NCBI GenBank assembly: GCA_013152925.1
Contig: JAADFK010000224.1
Location: forward strand, 1-58,336
Direction: 5' to 3'
Origin: Acidobacteriota bacterium
GTDB lineage: Bacteria; Acidobacteriota; Thermoanaerobaculia; Thermoanaerobaculales; Sulfomarinibacteraceae
DNA length: 58,336 nt
Shown here piece by piece: positions 57,532 to 58,336 of this stretch (the stretch's first letter is position 1; each line of letters begins with the position of its first letter). The position numbers and the translations under genes were made by a program. Under the pieces are notes generated by a model. The model ran no database searches and was not told where the DNA came from. It was given only the letters and a program-made list of their open reading frames with translations.

Positions 57532-58336
57532 TCACATCCTCGCCATCAGCAGGCCCGGGTTCTCCACCAGGCGAACGAGGTCTGTCATGAAACGGGCGGC
57601 CTGGGCGCCGTCGATCCACCGATGATCGAAGGAAACGCTGAGGTACATCATCTTGCGGATGGTGATCTCCCCACGGTACACCACGGGGCGTTCCTTGATG
57701 GTGTGCAGGCCGACGATGGCCAGCTGGGGCATGGGGATGATGGGCGTGGCGAAGACGCCGCCCAGGGGGCCGATGTTGGTGATGGTGCAGGTGGCGCCCC
57801 TGAGCTCGTCCAGGGAGAGCTCGCGGCGGCGCGCCCGCTCGGCGAGCTCGGAGATCTCGGCGGCCAGCTCCACGAGGCTCTTCGAGCCCGCGTCGCGGAC
57901 CACGGGCACGATGAGGCCCTCGGGCGTGTCCACGGCAACGCCGATGTGGTGGTGGCCCGCAAACACCATCTCCCCGGCCTCCTCGTCCACCCGCGCGTTG
58001 AAGGCCGGGTGGTCCTCGAGCGCCGCCACCAGCGCCCTGACGAAAAGCGGCAGGAGGGTCAGCCGGACGCCGGAGCGCTGGACGATGGGTTCCTTCATGG
58101 TGCCGTGCAGGGCCAGAAGGTCGGTGACGTCGGCCTCGTCCACGTGGGTCACGTGGGCCGCCGTGCGTTTGGACTCCGCCATGGAACGGGCGATGACCTT
58201 GCGCAGGTGGCTCAGCGGGACGCGCTTCTCGCCCCCGGTGGGAGCGGCGGCCGGCAGCTTCTCCCGGCCCGCGGGGGCCGCGGCGGGCGCCGGAACAAGC
58301 TCTGGCGGCTCGGGACCGGCCGGCGCGTCGGCGGCC
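57532..58336 (-). CDS. Dihydrolipoamide acyltransferase (E2) of a 2-oxoacid dehydrogenase, 5' end beyond window
   Basis: Pro/Ala linker, RKVIARSMAES, IGVAVDTPEGLIVPV, TITNIG and FDHRWIDG. Confidence 0.95.
   Translation of the reverse strand, partial: AADAPAGPEPPELVPAPAAAPAGREKLPAAAPTGGEKRVPLSHLRKVIARSMAESKRTAAHVTHVDEADVTDLLALHGTMKEPIVQRSGVRLTLLPLFVRALVAALEDHPAFNARVDEEAGEMVFAGHHHIGVAVDTPEGLIVPVVRDAGSKSLVELAAEISELAERARRRELSLDELRGATCTITNIGPLGGVFATPIIPMPQLAIVGLHTIKERPVVYRGEITIRKMMYLSVSFDHRWIDGAQAARFMTDLVRLVENPGLLMARM

Overview
High-GC bacterial chromosomal segment, most likely from Acidobacteriota (Thermoanaerobaculia-like). The taxonomy is inferred from protein families. About 45 genes, mostly housekeeping and metabolic. 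In order: partial GHMP kinase, M23 lipoprotein and a Cys-less thioredoxin-fold gene; ndk; napDAB with a long Campylobacterota-type NapA; dCMP deaminase-pfkA-trmB-hslO-yraN; xdhA-xdhB-Mpv17/PMP22-xdhC (xdhC frameshifted); hemACDBLEN; UPF0182; a penicillin-acylase-family protein with an extra N-terminal domain; a YccM/NapH-like ferredoxin divergent from a decayed multiheme cytochrome c; queF; K+ channel; short asparaginase; algH; OPX plus OM beta-barrel; dnaE; a membrane pseudokinase; an archaeal-type HMG-CoA synthase/thiolase/DUF35 triad; ABC-2 exporter; rhomboid; MFS; envelope-stress-like genes; partial E2 acyltransferase. I saw no rRNA, tRNA, CRISPR or transposase. Most notable: (1) an Mpv17/PMP22 channel homolog inside a xanthine dehydrogenase operon whose 5' leader can fold into two mutually exclusive structures, one hiding the RBS; (2) the archaeal-type HMG-CoA-forming triad; (3) an identical FNR-type box linking napDAB to a NapH-like/multiheme locus 30 kb away; (4) recurrent leaderless-mRNA architecture; (5) a 182-bp fold-back MITE-like element and two amplified REP-like arrays. 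All calls are by eye from motifs; no searches were run.
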